A stretch of 64,000 nucleotides of DNA, taken from positions 21,700,001-21,764,000 of the forward strand of contig NW_024704749.1 of assembly GCF_018977255.1 (NCBI RefSeq). The letters run 5' to 3'. Below the pieces are notes generated by a model. It saw nothing but the letters and a program-made list of their open reading frames with translations. It was not told the DNA's origin and made no database searches. Below, one piece after another: positions 27,185-40,400 of the stretch; position 1 is the stretch's first letter; each line of letters begins with the position of its first letter. The translations under genes and the position numbers were made by a program. The stretch is from Callorhinchus milii. Its lineage: Eukaryota.

Positions 27185-30100
27185 ATGAACGAAGTGAAGG
27201 CCAGTCTGCGGGACCTGGAGCAGCGTTTCATCCTCTTCAGACAGCAGCAGTTCATCTTCATAGCAGCCTTGGACCGCACGCGAGAGAATGCCCACGACAA
27301 GACCCGGCCTGTATCCACCATCGCCCAGGTACACAGTCCGCCACAGCCCAGCATAGCACAGCGCGCCCCCCCACCCCCCCGCTGGCGGGCATGAGGCACA
27401 TGTATCCCATGCAACAACAACAACTTGTATTTATATAGCGCCCCTCACGCAGGGTAGCGTCCCAGGGTGCTTCAAATCGCACGTGGTCTCAAGGCCCCCC
27501 CCCCCCCTCTCTCCCCGACGTCATGAAAACTGATCGAAATCGCCTCCACACCAACCCAAATTAACCTGCAAACAATCCGTTCAGGTCCAGATCCTTGACT
27601 GGGGATGTCCTCCCGACGTGAAAGGCGCTAGATTCATATAACTGGTTGTTGTTGTTGTTTTTCCTGCCACTTTTGAGTCTCCGCAACAACTTACGCAGTG
27701 CCCGTCACTTTAGGGCAGCGTCTAGGAGCGCTGGGTATGGTGGATCGGACGTTGAGCGGGGGAGAAGGATGTGGGGGGCGGGAGGTGACCATTGGTGCGG
27801 TCAAAGAGGTAAAGAGGTAGATTTTAAGGTGGGATTTAAAGATGGAGGGGCAGGGCTAGATGGAGGGGTTGAGGGAGGAAGTTACAGAGTTGAGGAGCGA
27901 GGTACCCGAAGGAGGGGGGCAGGGCACAAGAGGCAAGCACGAGATAGTGGAGCAGAGTGGGGGAGAGCAGAGGAGCAGGACAGGAGAAGATCAGAAACAC
28001 AGGGAGGTGCTGGGATATGAAGGTGATGGTGAGGACTTTGAGATCACTCTGCTGGAGGACAAGGGGATAGTGGAGCCTAGTGAGGACTGGGGTGAGAGGG
28101 GTGAGGGGGGGGAGTGGGGGTGTGGGGAGAGATGTAAATACAAATACAAAAATTACATTTGTGTAGCGCCTTTCACATCGGGAAGATGCTGGACAATCCA
28201 TGTTTCGGACCCGAGTTGGGGACGGGATCGGAAGAGTAGAGGACAGAGGGAGAAGGAGGGTGACTGAAGGCACGGAAGAAGAGGAGGGTCTTGAGAAGGG
28301 TCTTGAAGGTGGCAAGGGAGGGGTGCGTGGCTGAGGGACTGCGGGATGGAGTTCCAGAGGGTGGGGGCAGAGTCGCTGAAGGCCCGATGGCCGATGGTGC
28401 GGGTGAGGTGAGGGGAGTCTGCGGACGATGGCAATGGATTAATCGAGATCCTCATGTTCTTTTTCTCTGCTTAGGTTCAGAATTACCTGGACCATTACTG
28501 TAACAACACCACAGACAGGCGTATCCTCAGCATGTTCCTGGACCTTTGCAGGGACATGAGCCAGTTCTGTGACAAACTGCAAGAGTTAAACCCTTACTCC
28601 TGTTCACCGCACGACGTACTGGAGAAGTGCAAAGTCCTTCTCAGTTGCAACAACGACATGACCAACCTACGAGCCAAGTGAGTAAACAGCATCAACAACA
28701 ACAACAACCATATAGCGCCTTTCGCAATGTAGTGGGTAGATTTCTAGATCAGTATACTCAACCCAACGCCGCTTTGACCCACGACCATGAGTTTGGTGAA
28801 GGTTAAACCCTGTCCTTGATCCACGGTAACTCTTGGTTGCTCCATAGTAAACCAGACCGATGACGACAGAAAAGACTTTGGTGTATATTGTTGGCATTGA
28901 CAATATTGCCAATTCAGAGGAACCTTTCCTTCGTATGAGACGTTAAACCAAGATCCCATCTGTCTGTTCAAGTGGACATTAAAGATCCCATGACACTGAT
29001 CGAAAAGAGACAACATCAACGACAAATTACATTTGTACGGCACCTTTCACGTCAGGAGGATGTCCCAAGGCGCAGGACAGTCAAGGATCTGCACCCGAGC
29101 TGGTGGTTTGGAACACAAGGGGTGGAGGGCGGGGAGGGTAGGGGTAGGAGAGTGACTGAAGGCGTGGTCGAAGAGGAGAGAAGGGAGTTTCTCTCTCCTG
29201 GTATTCTGGCCGACAATCCCCCAAATAAAATTGATCTCTCGCTTCCTGGCTGTTTGCAGGACAGTGCCATGCGCAAGTTGGCTGCAGTGTTTCGCCCACA
29301 TAACACACATTCGATTCACTTTACAGTATATCTCGTGAAGCGCTTTGAGACGTCCTCCCGAGGTTTAAAGGTGCTGTACCAAATGCGAGGAATATAGTCA
29401 TTAGTATTATTATTATTATAAGTTGTTGTAATGGTGCCAGTTGCTGCTACCAGGAAAAAAAAACATGTACAATGGCTTTGTGAGCAAGAGAGAGATGATT
29501 ATGAAGACAAAGAGTTCAGCACTGACACCTTCCACTCTCAATTTGACGGATTTGGGTCTGATTTAACTTTCAGCTCTCCTCAAAAATGCCTAATTTTGCT
29601 CGTTTGGTGACAAACACACAGGCGCGTCTCGGTTGCAAATCCCTGGGAGGCATCGGCTTGTAAAAGACGGGACCTTGAATCTCCTGGTAATTAGACAAAG
29701 ATTATCTCTCAATGAAGTAGCGGTGGTGGCAACCAGTCATTATGGCACTTGTCTGTGAACATCATTGAGCGTTAGGGGACCGGAGCACTGACAGGTGCTG
29801 TCTACGTTGACAGAAACACCCACATTGAGATCCCGAACAGCATATTATTATAAATAACGACACTCACAGAAGCCTCTTGAAGTGGCGCTTACCTTCCAAC
29901 CAGGAATCAAGTTTATTGCCTACATAATATTTTATTATTAAGTACAAATTTATTATTCATTTCCAGTTCATCGCCCTTTTTTCTTTGACAGGGTTATTAA
30001 ACGTAGGTCTGCCGTTTGATTCAGGTGGACATGAAGAGATTACCTCCCTGCCTGTCTCCTCCAACTCCCCGTTCTCCCCCTCCCCTTCTACCCCCCCTCC

Positions 30101-32406
30101 CATCCTGTCATTATTTTCAAAGAAACAGGGAACCTTTCTTCCAGATATCCTGGCTTGTATCACCCTCCTGTATCCCAAGTTTTTTCCCAAATTCAAATTA
30201 ATTGAACACTCCGCCTCATTATTGTTTACAGCACTTTCCTGGTTCAGACTCACAGTTTGCCTAATATCCAAAACATTTGCTTCCATTTTGTAATCGATTT
30301 TGTATTGCGAAGCACTTTGTGGCATCCAATTTGCGCGAGAGAAGTTATTAATATTAACAATAATGCTGTCTGTTCTGCCTCCGCTTTACAGCGCTCTGAG
30401 ATATCCAACGTGAAGGGCCCTATATAAATGCAAGTTGTTGTTGCCTGTTTAGGCGAGTGTTAAAGATCCCTCGGCACTATTCAAAATGATTGTTTCAATC
30501 ACCCCTCAGGTGACATTAGTCACTCCCTTCATAGCTGGTTGTGGGAAATTGCTGAGTGCAAATTGGCTGTCGTGTTTGCCTACAAAATACACAGTCACAA
30601 CATTTTACTGGTGAACCTTGTGAAGCACTTTGAGACGTCTCCCTCAATCCCCCCTTTGCCCCCCTCTCTCCCCTTTTTCAAGTCCCGCCTGAAAACCTTC
30701 CTCCTCACCCAACCCCCAACCCCTGGCTCGGAGTCAGGCTCGGTCACTGAGACTCTGCCCTGCGTGGAGGGCGCTTATATAAGTGCAAGTTGTTGGTGGT
30801 GCTGTCCTCCCGATATCTCAAAAGGATGTCTTCATCAATCGCGGAGAGAGAGGGTGTGGGTTCCGTTTCAATACCCGTGAATTTCCGCGCGTAGTACGTG
30901 GAATTCTCAGACTGGTTTGGAGACCCGTAAGCCCGGTCATGGGTTGGAGTGCGTGCCAGACACCGGGCTGACCAAAACAAAATCAAATGCAAAGGTTACT
31001 CTGAGGAATAACGACGGGCCTGTTTTCCCCTGTGAAGTAGACGCAGCACGTCGTTGCTCTCGTACCAGTATTCTGATTTCATACGCGTTCGGTCTTATTG
31101 TCCCAGTTGCTGTGTGTTCAGCTCCAGCACTCAATCCAGAGCTGTCGGTTTGCCCAATTATTATTATTTATTATTTATTGTTTCCACAGCGTCACCTGCT
31201 GGGGCTTCGTGTCAGTGCACCGTCGTTCCAATTTGGATCGCATTTAACCCAAACCCAAAGTTCAACTTTGTTCCCACCTGTGCGCGCGGAGGGAGGGGGC
31301 AGCGTGAGGTGGGGAAGGGAGCGCTGCACTGTCATGAGTGCCATCGATCGTGTGAGGCATTACATCTGCTGCTGTTAAAATCTGTGAGATTGGGAGTATT
31401 TACAAATATTTTCGAAGAATTTTACAGCACGGAAACAGGACATCTCTCCCCACCAGTCCTTGCTGCTGTTTATACTCCACACGAGTTTCCACCCACTCCT
31501 TACTCCCTCCCTTACCCTTCTATTCCCATCTCCCTCACGTGAAAGTCTAGCTTCCTCTTAAAAGCATCTCTAGTATCCATCGTAATAATAATAATCCTTG
31601 CATTTGATACAGCGCCGTAATCGTCGTTGAGACGTCTCAAAGCGTTTCACAGAATATTCTGTAAAGCGCTCTGGGACGCTACCCGGCGTGAGGGGCGCTA
31701 GGTAAATGCAAGTTGTTGCTGTCGTTAAAGTGAATTCACTGTATGTTGCGTGGGCGCAACACGGCAGCCAATTGCGCACAGCAGTGTCCCACAAACGGTC
31801 GTGGATTGAGGGATTAGTGTTTTTTTGGGGGAAGCGATTATCACCCCCGGAAAAACGATGCGCCAATCAACTAACCACTGGGTTCCCATTTACTGCTAGG
31901 TGAACATCAGCGTGCGTGTGTGTTTGTGTGGCATAAGGAAACTTGCCTAAGGTTTCGCACCGCCCGGGAATCGAACCCGAGTCCTCTCGCTTGCGAGGCG
32001 ATCGCTCTAACCACTACGCTACTGGTACTCAGCGTGGCTGTGTCTTGCCGATTGCAGGTATCCCCATGATGAAGTCAACCACCTGAGCTGCGAGGAGTCC
32101 AAGAACCACTATGGAGCCGTGATCAGCCTCCTGCCCATCGTGCTGGATTACATCAAAGACGGCATTGGCATTATTGAAAGAGCCCAGTACGAAGCTGTGA
32201 GAAATAACAGGTACGCGATGTTTTGCGGAGGGAACCAGCATCCGGTTCAGTCAAAGATCACCGAGGGCCGGCCCCAAAAAATCACTGCTAAGATGCAGAC
32301 GGAAACCTGTGACCCCCGGGAATGGAATATATCCAAGAACCCGAGAGCTCGTCGCGCTTTTTACAAACCACCCTGGAAGCCTGCAGGCCACACCAACGGT
32401 CTGTGA
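27185..32406 (+). CDS. SPACA9: Sperm acrosome-associated protein 9 (C9orf9), complete CDS
   Basis: Exons: 27185-27328 (MNEVKASLRDLEQRFILFRQQQFIFIAALDRTRENAHDKTRPVSTIAQ), 28475-28677 (VQNYLDHYCNNTTDRRILSMFLDLC...NLRAK), 32058-32406 (YPHDEVNHLSCEESKNHYGAVISLLP...KPPWKPAGHTNGL*). Matches recalled human SPACA9 (MNEVKESLR, YPHDVVNHLSC, KPPWRP). GT-AG; AATAAA at about 32636. Confidence 0.96.
31584..32025 (-). mobile_element. SINE, older long subfamily, with an internal L2-tail insert
   Basis: Reverse copy ending about 30 nt before the SPACA9 exon 3 acceptor. Confidence 0.8.
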
Positions 32407-34731
32407 GACCCAACACTCCTTCCCCACTTACCCCATTCCACACCCCCCCCACCTCCCCCCACTCCTCTCCTCTCCTCCTCTCCCTGCTCCACCCTCTCTC
32501 TCCCCTCCCCTTCCCCCTACCTTCCCATCTCTCCCAGGGACATCATCCTGAGAGCCTTCTATTACCATTAATGGACGGTCAATTATAAAGCCATTTGACG
32601 CTCATCAGAATTTGCATCATGTTTCCGAAAACAGAAATAAACCAAAGCAGTTTTCCTACTGTTATGCCACGCAGCCCACATTTTCCTGGCTTTTTTTCCA
32701 AATGAGGTTCTCACAGCAAGAGTTGGTGTCGGTGGCTCTAAGGCTGAGCTAAGCTTCCTCTTTGACCGTGTCTTTGGTCGCCCTCCTACCCCTACCCTCC
32801 ACCGCTCTTGATCGCAACCCTCTGCTCGGGTCCAAATCCCTGACTGTCCTCCTGACTGAAATGCACTCCGTAAATGTCATTTGTTGTTGTTGAGCTCTGC
32901 TAACCAGGTCCACATTGATCTCAGCTCAACGAAAAATAAATAGCGTAAGCAAACCTCCCCTATCCCCCCCTCCCTCCTCTCCCCATCCCTCCCTGCCACA
33001 GCAGGGGAGAGGGTGGGGGTGGGGGGGATTTGGGATCAACTAAAGTTCTTGCAGCCCGATCGCTATCCATTGGGAATGGGGATGTCGGGTCAGGACATGG
33101 CCCTCCATGGCTCAGTGACCGGGCTGAGATGGGAAGGTAGCTGTAGGTTGTTAAGAACACAAGAACATTAGAATTTGCTAAGCGAAAGAAGATCAAGGTC
33201 CATCCCGTTCGCTCTCCACCATCCTGGCAGTCGCTTGTCATGTCCCAAACTATATATTATAAGAACAGAACATTGGTGCTTGAGACCAACGCCCAGCTCA
33301 AGCCACCGCTCCAGGAGAGCAGAGGAGAGGAGAGGAAAGTTTTGTTGAAAGGCATGGCTGCTGTGAAGCTGCCGATGGTGAAATCCTCACGTGCTGTCAT
33401 CCACCTGAACAGGCACAGACGGGACCTCGGTTTAATGTTACATCCGAAGGACGGCATCTCTAACAATGCAACACCCCCCCCAACCCCCCAGCGCTGCATT
33501 GGAGCTTCAGCTTAGACTATGTGATTCTAAATCCCTACTTGGGGCTTGAACTCACAATCTTCTGACTCCTCGCCGAGAGCGCTACTGACTGAACCAGACG
33601 TCCAACACCATTCACTGGCGAGCTCAGCAGCTAGAAAAAGTGATGTAGACAGAGCCAGAGCCAGACTATAAACGTCAAAGGCCAAGGGTCGAGAGGACAG
33701 TGTTGAAGACCGCACTGGGCGGGCAGAAAGGTGGCAGACGTGATCAGTGAGGAGGGCAGGAGACACCTTCGATGACAGCGAGAGGCAGACAGACTGCGAG
33801 ACAGACAGGCTGCAGTACAGACGCCCGGTAAGCTTCACGTTCTTTTCCCTCTTCCCCCTGGCACTGCCCAGGGCACGAAAGCTTTTTGGAAAGCGCCTTG
33901 TATAAATAGTGCCTCAGACAATGTGCTAAAGTCAGTTTGCATCGTTCTAATTTACTTTCTACTCTCTTCCAATATGACCTCTCTCTCTTCCTCGCTCTCT
34001 CTCTCGCGCTCTCTTTCGAGCTCTGATCACTGACGTTTTGTCCTTCTTCCTACAGCTGCCGATGGCTTCTCTACCCAGCTCCACCACCTCCATCTGCCCA
34101 CTAGGACGTGACCTCAACCTTCTCCCCACCCCCCAGGATAATGCTGGGGCAGAGGATTGAGGGTCCAACTGCTCACAACTACCAAACAGCTCCCCACCCC
34201 CTGCACACCGGCTGTGTAGGACTTTCTACCCATCTCCACCACCGCACCAACAGCAAACCATCTCCAGGATTCCGAGCGTCTAACCTGGACGTGTTGTGCG
34301 TGTTTTTGGGTGGGGGTGTGGGCGGGTGGGGGTTCAATGGTGAACAGCTGGAGGTATCCTCTCCCTCCCCACCCCCCCCAGCATGGCTCCCACGTGCAGT
34401 CCTCTTCCCCAGACTCAGCCTCTCAATATATTTTTTGTTCATTGAGAGAATGTACAGCTGTCAATTGGCCAACACAAAAGGTCTTTTGCACTGAATTGTA
34501 AAACTGTTGTGGTGGACACACCTGGACCAGGACACGGGGAGAAAGAAACTCCCTTCGCTTTTTGAATAGCACCCTGAACAAGCAGACGGGACCTCGGTTT
34601 AACATCTCATCCAAAGGATTGCACCTCCGACAATGCAGGGCTCCCCCAACACTGTATTGGACTGCTGTGCACAATTGGCTTCCGAGTTTCACCCACAAAA
34701 TACACAGTCACTCCACTTAAAAGTACATCCT

Positions 34732-35059
34732 GTGGAGTCCTGTAGCTCAGTGGTTAGAGCACTCGCTTTGCAAGTGAGAGACCTGAGTTCAATTCCAGGC
34801 AGAGGGCGAAACCTTGGGCAAGTTTCCTTACTCCACACAGAGCCTAATAATAATCCTTCCCAAACCAAAAACAATAATAAATTGGTCATTTTCAATCTAC
34901 GACTGTTTGTGGGACATTGCTGTGCACAATTGGCTGCCGCGTTCGCCCACAAATATACAGTCAATTCACTTTACAGTGTGTTCTGTGAAGCGCTTTGGGA
35001 CGTCCTCCCGACGTGAAAAGCGCTATATCAAATGCAAGGATTATTATTATTATTATTAT
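34732..35059 (+). mobile_element. SINE, young short subfamily, nested in an older SINE tail
   Basis: Full-length copy; ATCCTGTG at 34727-34734 and 35058-35065; the host SINE tail resumes after it. Confidence 0.9.
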
Positions 35060-37484
35060 CCTGTGAAGTGCTTTGACGTAAAAGGCTCGATATCAATTGC
35101 GAGGATATTTATTAGTTCATCTTATTAGTTTAAAATCACCCACGTGAGACTTTAACCCACAACCTTCTGACTCAGACGCCAGAGCAACTGAGCTGGAATG
35201 TGACCTGATATTGTTGTAACAGCTGATAATTACCTGATTCTTTAAGCAAATAAAGGATCTTCATTCTTCTAGCTTATGTCCTCAGTGTATTTGTTTCACC
35301 TATTACTAGTCTTCAGTGAGTGAGTGAGTGAGCGAGTGTTTGATTGAGTTTGAGTCAATGAGTGAGCTGGTGAGCAGGTGTACGTTTTGCTGACGAGATG
35401 GGGCTGGGACTGTTTGACTGCGAGACAGCGGAGATTCTGGAGGGTGCTCACAGTTCAGACTCCATCAATGAGGCTGAAACGTGACAGGCAAAGGACAATG
35501 TGTGTAGGCGAGTGATTGTTGAGTGGCTGAATCACATTGGTTAAATCGCTTGTTTTATTGTGCTGTTCTGTTCCTTTTTCTTTGTGCGGTAACCATTCTC
35601 ATCCTTTGTCAACAAATATACTCTCAATCCTGGTTCCAAAACACCCTGACAAACCTATTCCCTTTTGGAAGAAACGGTTAAACCTCAGACCAAGTTAAGT
35701 TGAAGTTAAGCTGAAGTTAAGGCTCTAATTTCATTATTAATTTGTCTCAAACATGTTGCTCTGTCCTTTCAGTTGGGAATCCTTCACACCAGACTTCAAG
35801 GGTGGTTCGTTCTTTGCCTGTTGAGAGCTGGTTATTGGAAACACTGGCAATGAGCTGATTTTTGGTCAGCCGGGTGTCTGACCCCTGCAGAAACGCAGTC
35901 TCTGAGCTTAAGAGTAACCAAACCAGCCAGCGAGTAACACATACCTAGAGCACTCTACATGTGGAAATGTGACACTGTTAGTGCAAGTTACTGCAGGGCT
36001 CACTCGCATCACATACGGTAAAGGGAATGTAAGGGGAACCCGAAAAAAGAAGTCAAAAATTCATCATCGAATAAAAACACGCAAGCTGACTCTGATCCCC
36101 CTACGCAGCCCTCTCCGCACCATCACCCCCCCACCCCGCCACACTCCCCACACATACACCCACACACCCCACACACCAAGGTTACCGTCTTCAGTTATTT
36201 TCTTCCCAACGGGAATGGGTTTGGATCTTAACCTGTGCATGGCCTTGTGTAGACAGTACTAGGTGTGTAGTAGGATCTTGTGTAAATCCCTAACCTGTAG
36301 CTCCTTCGCTGTGTTACAGATGTGAAATGCAAAGAACAGCATTTTCTAAATGATGGGTGTGTCTAATCTCCATTCCCAGAGTCCCGTCACCGTGTCTTCT
36401 ACTATCAGCTCAAGAAAATTGTTGCCGGTGCTTTACTGTTCTCCTGTTACTTTCCTGGTTTGCCGTTTCCATTAAAGATCTGAAAAAGGCACATGTCCAC
36501 CCCTCGTTCTTTGTCAATCGCTGCACCATCATTTCCTGACCTATATGTCCCGCGTGTAAATTTCCCGTTTTCCCCTCTCCTCTCCCCATCTCCCATCTCC
36601 CAGTCCTAAGCTCTCTCCCTCACCTCCTTTCACAACACGTCTCAAGACCCCTCCTCTTCGACCGCGCCTTCGGTCACCCTCCTACCCCTAGCTGGAGTTA
36701 GATTAGAAGATCAGCCATGATTGAACGGCGAGGCAAGCTCGAAGGGCCGAAAGGCCTACTCCTGCTCCTACATTTATGTTATGTTACCCTCCCTGTCCTC
36801 CACCCCTCCTGATCCCAAGCTGATCTCAGCTCAACAGAAAACATGGAGATATTCACGAACAGCTCAAGCAAGAGGGCGCTGTGTAAATGTAACTTGCTGT
36901 TGTCGTTGCTCGAAGTTTAGACTGGGAGACACTTGTTTCCGAAAATTATAGTCCACACAGCAGATTAATCATTGCCACAACAGTATGTGATGAACCTGAT
37001 GTCATCAGGACAAAAAAAAAGACCACCAAATATATTAAACGACGAAAGATTAGTCAAAAGATCTTTGGTTTTATTTTGACGTGTTTTTCGGTTGCGACAG
37101 AGAATTTAAACAGACCCCACGCCCTCGCCATAAACTCAGAACCTGTTATTTTAATGACAAACTTTCTTAGTTTTTCTTGTGGACTTTTTTAGTTGTTGCA
37201 CAGTAGCATGAGGAACTCACATCAATTGGAAAACTTGTACAATCCCTCGGTCTTACTTCCTAATAATACGCAGGTTATTGCCAAAAAAACACTCGCTGAT
37301 TATTTAGGTGGACCTCCTAGAGGTGACTGTCTATACTTTTTTTTATTTGTGGTGGCTCTATCCGTATTCTCTGATCATCTTACTCTTCACCGAACCAGTC
37401 AGTGGTAACGAGAATCCATCTCTCTCATGACATCGAGGAGTTTGAGGTTTCACTAAATCTTTTTTCTTCTCTTGGGGCTTGGCC

Positions 37485-40400
37485 TCAGCGAGAAGGGCTG
37501 AGCACGAAGTTGTGAGGTGTGGCAGAGTAGTCACTCACAGAGTCTCGCACTTCCACTGTCTGGTTTAAGGGCTTAAAACCCTTTGCTTCAATCTGTAGGA
37601 CAGACAAGAGTACAATGACTGCCTGGGAGCTGGGTAAGTCATGGGAGACACTGCTCTGGATCTGTGATGATTGTTGGCAAATTCAATTTGTTCTGTGTTG
37701 TTTGTTTTGGGTAAATATTTTTGCTCATTAAAGGTGATGCATGTTATCACCAGGGAATGTAAGCCCTTCTCATCTTGATTACACAATGCCACCCCTGCCA
37801 GATAAAACATGTTTAAACCAATGTATAAACACACCTGGAGTGCTTCTCTCTCACACTCATACACAGACCAGGTCTGATTTTATTGCGCTTCATAGCATCA
37901 GAGTCATAATCATTTTTACATTTGATGCAGCGCCTTATCACGTTGTCAAGAAGTCTCAAAGTGCTTCACAGGATATACTGTAAAGTGAGTTGACTGTATA
38001 TTTTGTGGGCGAAATGCGGCAGCCAATTGCGCACAGCAGTGTCCCCCAAACAATTGTGGATTAAGTGACCGAATTATTACGATTATTATAANTTTTTTTT
38101 GAAGGGATTATTACCCCTGGAAAAGACTACTTGCCTCTTACCTGGAACGTGTAATGGCCGGGTAGTAACAGGCGGTAATATTCCCCCAAGGAGTTCGTTT
38201 CATAAGGGTAAATACTGTTCCTCCCCACGAGTTTCACGATTGCATTGGAAATGGGATTTCCCTTCTGATCCAGGACTCTGCCCTTCAGCCCTGCAAAAGG
38301 CAACATTGGTCGTCAATCAAGTTGTTGTCCCGACCTGTCAGCCAACCCACGAGGATAACCCTGACCCTGGAAGACAAAGCTGTAAGACTGAGATATATAC
38401 CTAAGTGAACATGTTTGATTAGCAATAAAAGGGCAGCTCGGTTCTGCTTCCAGTAGACAGGTAGGTGTTTGGCCGCTGGGTATTTGCAACAGGACAGTTC
38501 AATCGTCAGCTCATAACAGTGGCCCCAAACATAATTGTAGTCTTGCATACTGCCTAGGTGAGAGATAGTGAAAACTGTCAGACTGTGGAAGGCGGAAGCC
38601 AGACACTGGGTGATCTCCAAATGCACTCAACAACAGAGGAACATAGGAACACATAGGAACAGGAGGAGGCCCTTTAGCCCCTCGAGTCTGTTCCGCCATT
38701 CTAATAAGATCATGGCGGATCTGTACCTCAACTCCAATTTCCTGCCCTTGTCCCATATCCCTTGATAAACTGACCTGACAGAAATCGATCCACCTCAGTC
38801 TTGGGAATTTGAATGGATTCTTGAGAGGGACAGGCAGGGAGCGGGCAAAAGGGGGAGTCATGGTGGGGGGAGGGGTGGGGGGTGGGGGTTTGACTGATCA
38901 AGGCCACACTGACTGTTACAACTGGTTTAGCTGCTTTACATTACTGGCTCCAGGGCTGAACTCACACCAGCAAACCCCTCCTCTCCCCCCCCCCCCCCCC
39001 CGCCCACCCATTCCCCTATTCCCTCCCTCGGCCCACCCATCTGTGCAGGTGTGTTCAGACCTGACCTACAACCTACTGCCCAGGTGCCTTGCCTTTTACG
39101 ATGTACCATTCGGCTCCATTCGTCACTCCGTCCTGGAATTTCATCTTACAGAAATTCCCTTTGTGCATGATGGAATGGTTAATGGAGTAAACCTTGGCCA
39201 AGGCCTTAAACACGTCATCGTCGGGGCACTCACTGTACCGATTGATACCTGCCAACAGAGAGTGAGAGGAATGGTTAAATGGGCTTCATTCCCAACACTT
39301 CCTCCTCCCCACCCCCAACCCCAGCCCAGCCCCACTTCGCCTCGCCCCCTCCCTTGCCTCCTTCAAGGCCCGTCTCAAAACCTTCCTCCATGTCCAATGT
39401 ATGGTCACCCTCCTATCCCCACCCTCCCTGCGCCCCTCCTGACCCCGACAACTTCCAGCTCAGACGCAAATCCTCGACTGTCCAGCACCTCGGGACGTCC
39501 TCATGAAGTGAAAGGCGCTGTGTAAATGCAATTTGTTGTTGTTGTTGCTGTTGATGGGACCTCGGTTTCAACATGTCACCTGAAGGATGCCAACTCCCAC
39601 ATTGTGGCTCCTCCCATTATTTCCCCTCTCCCCCTGTTGTTGTTGTTGTTGTTGCTCGAATGAACGTTTTTAAATTGTTTCAATCCACAACGTTTCACCT
39701 TCTTCGTTGTTGTCGAACGGATAGGCAGTGAGGATGGCCCCTCCGTGCAAACTGGCCGAGAGGACAAAGGTCTCCCGCCGGATCCAGCTCATGATGGCTT
39801 CCGTTTCCGGCTGGCGGGGGCTGGTGTTGTTTCCGAAAGCGTCGGGGAAATTCCTGTTCAGGTCAACGTGATTCTTGTTATACCTGTAACAGGGAGCGGG
39901 GACAGTGATCTTGGTTCTGCTATAATAATAATGATAATAATAATAATAATCCTTGCATTTGATACAGCGCCTTATCACGTCGTCGAGACATCTCAAAGCG
40001 CTTCACGGGATACACTGTAAAGTGAATTGACTGTGTATTTTGTGGGCGAAACTCGGCAGCCAATTGCGCACAGCAGCGTCCCCACAAACAGTCGTGGGTT
40101 GAGTGACTGATTTATTATTTTTGGAGGGATTGAGAAGGAGGAAGGAAGAAGCAACAACACAAACAAACAATTAAATAGCTAAATAAGTAAAACGAACAAG
40201 ACAAAAAGTCTTATAGTGTCACGATGGGTTATTACCGGCCTAGTTTGCCCCCACACTTGCCGACCACTGACGCCTCAAACCCGTCGGGGTTCATGGAGGG
40301 TAAGATGTGGATCCTCGCGCTGCTGATCAGTTTGGTGATGTTTGTGTCATTTCCGTAACTCGTGACCAGGTAATCGATCAGATGGAGCAGCATCTCTCTG

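Noticed and set aside
38809-39525. 238-aa plus-strand ORF
   Set aside because: Antisense to a CPM-like exon plus low-complexity and L2 sequence.
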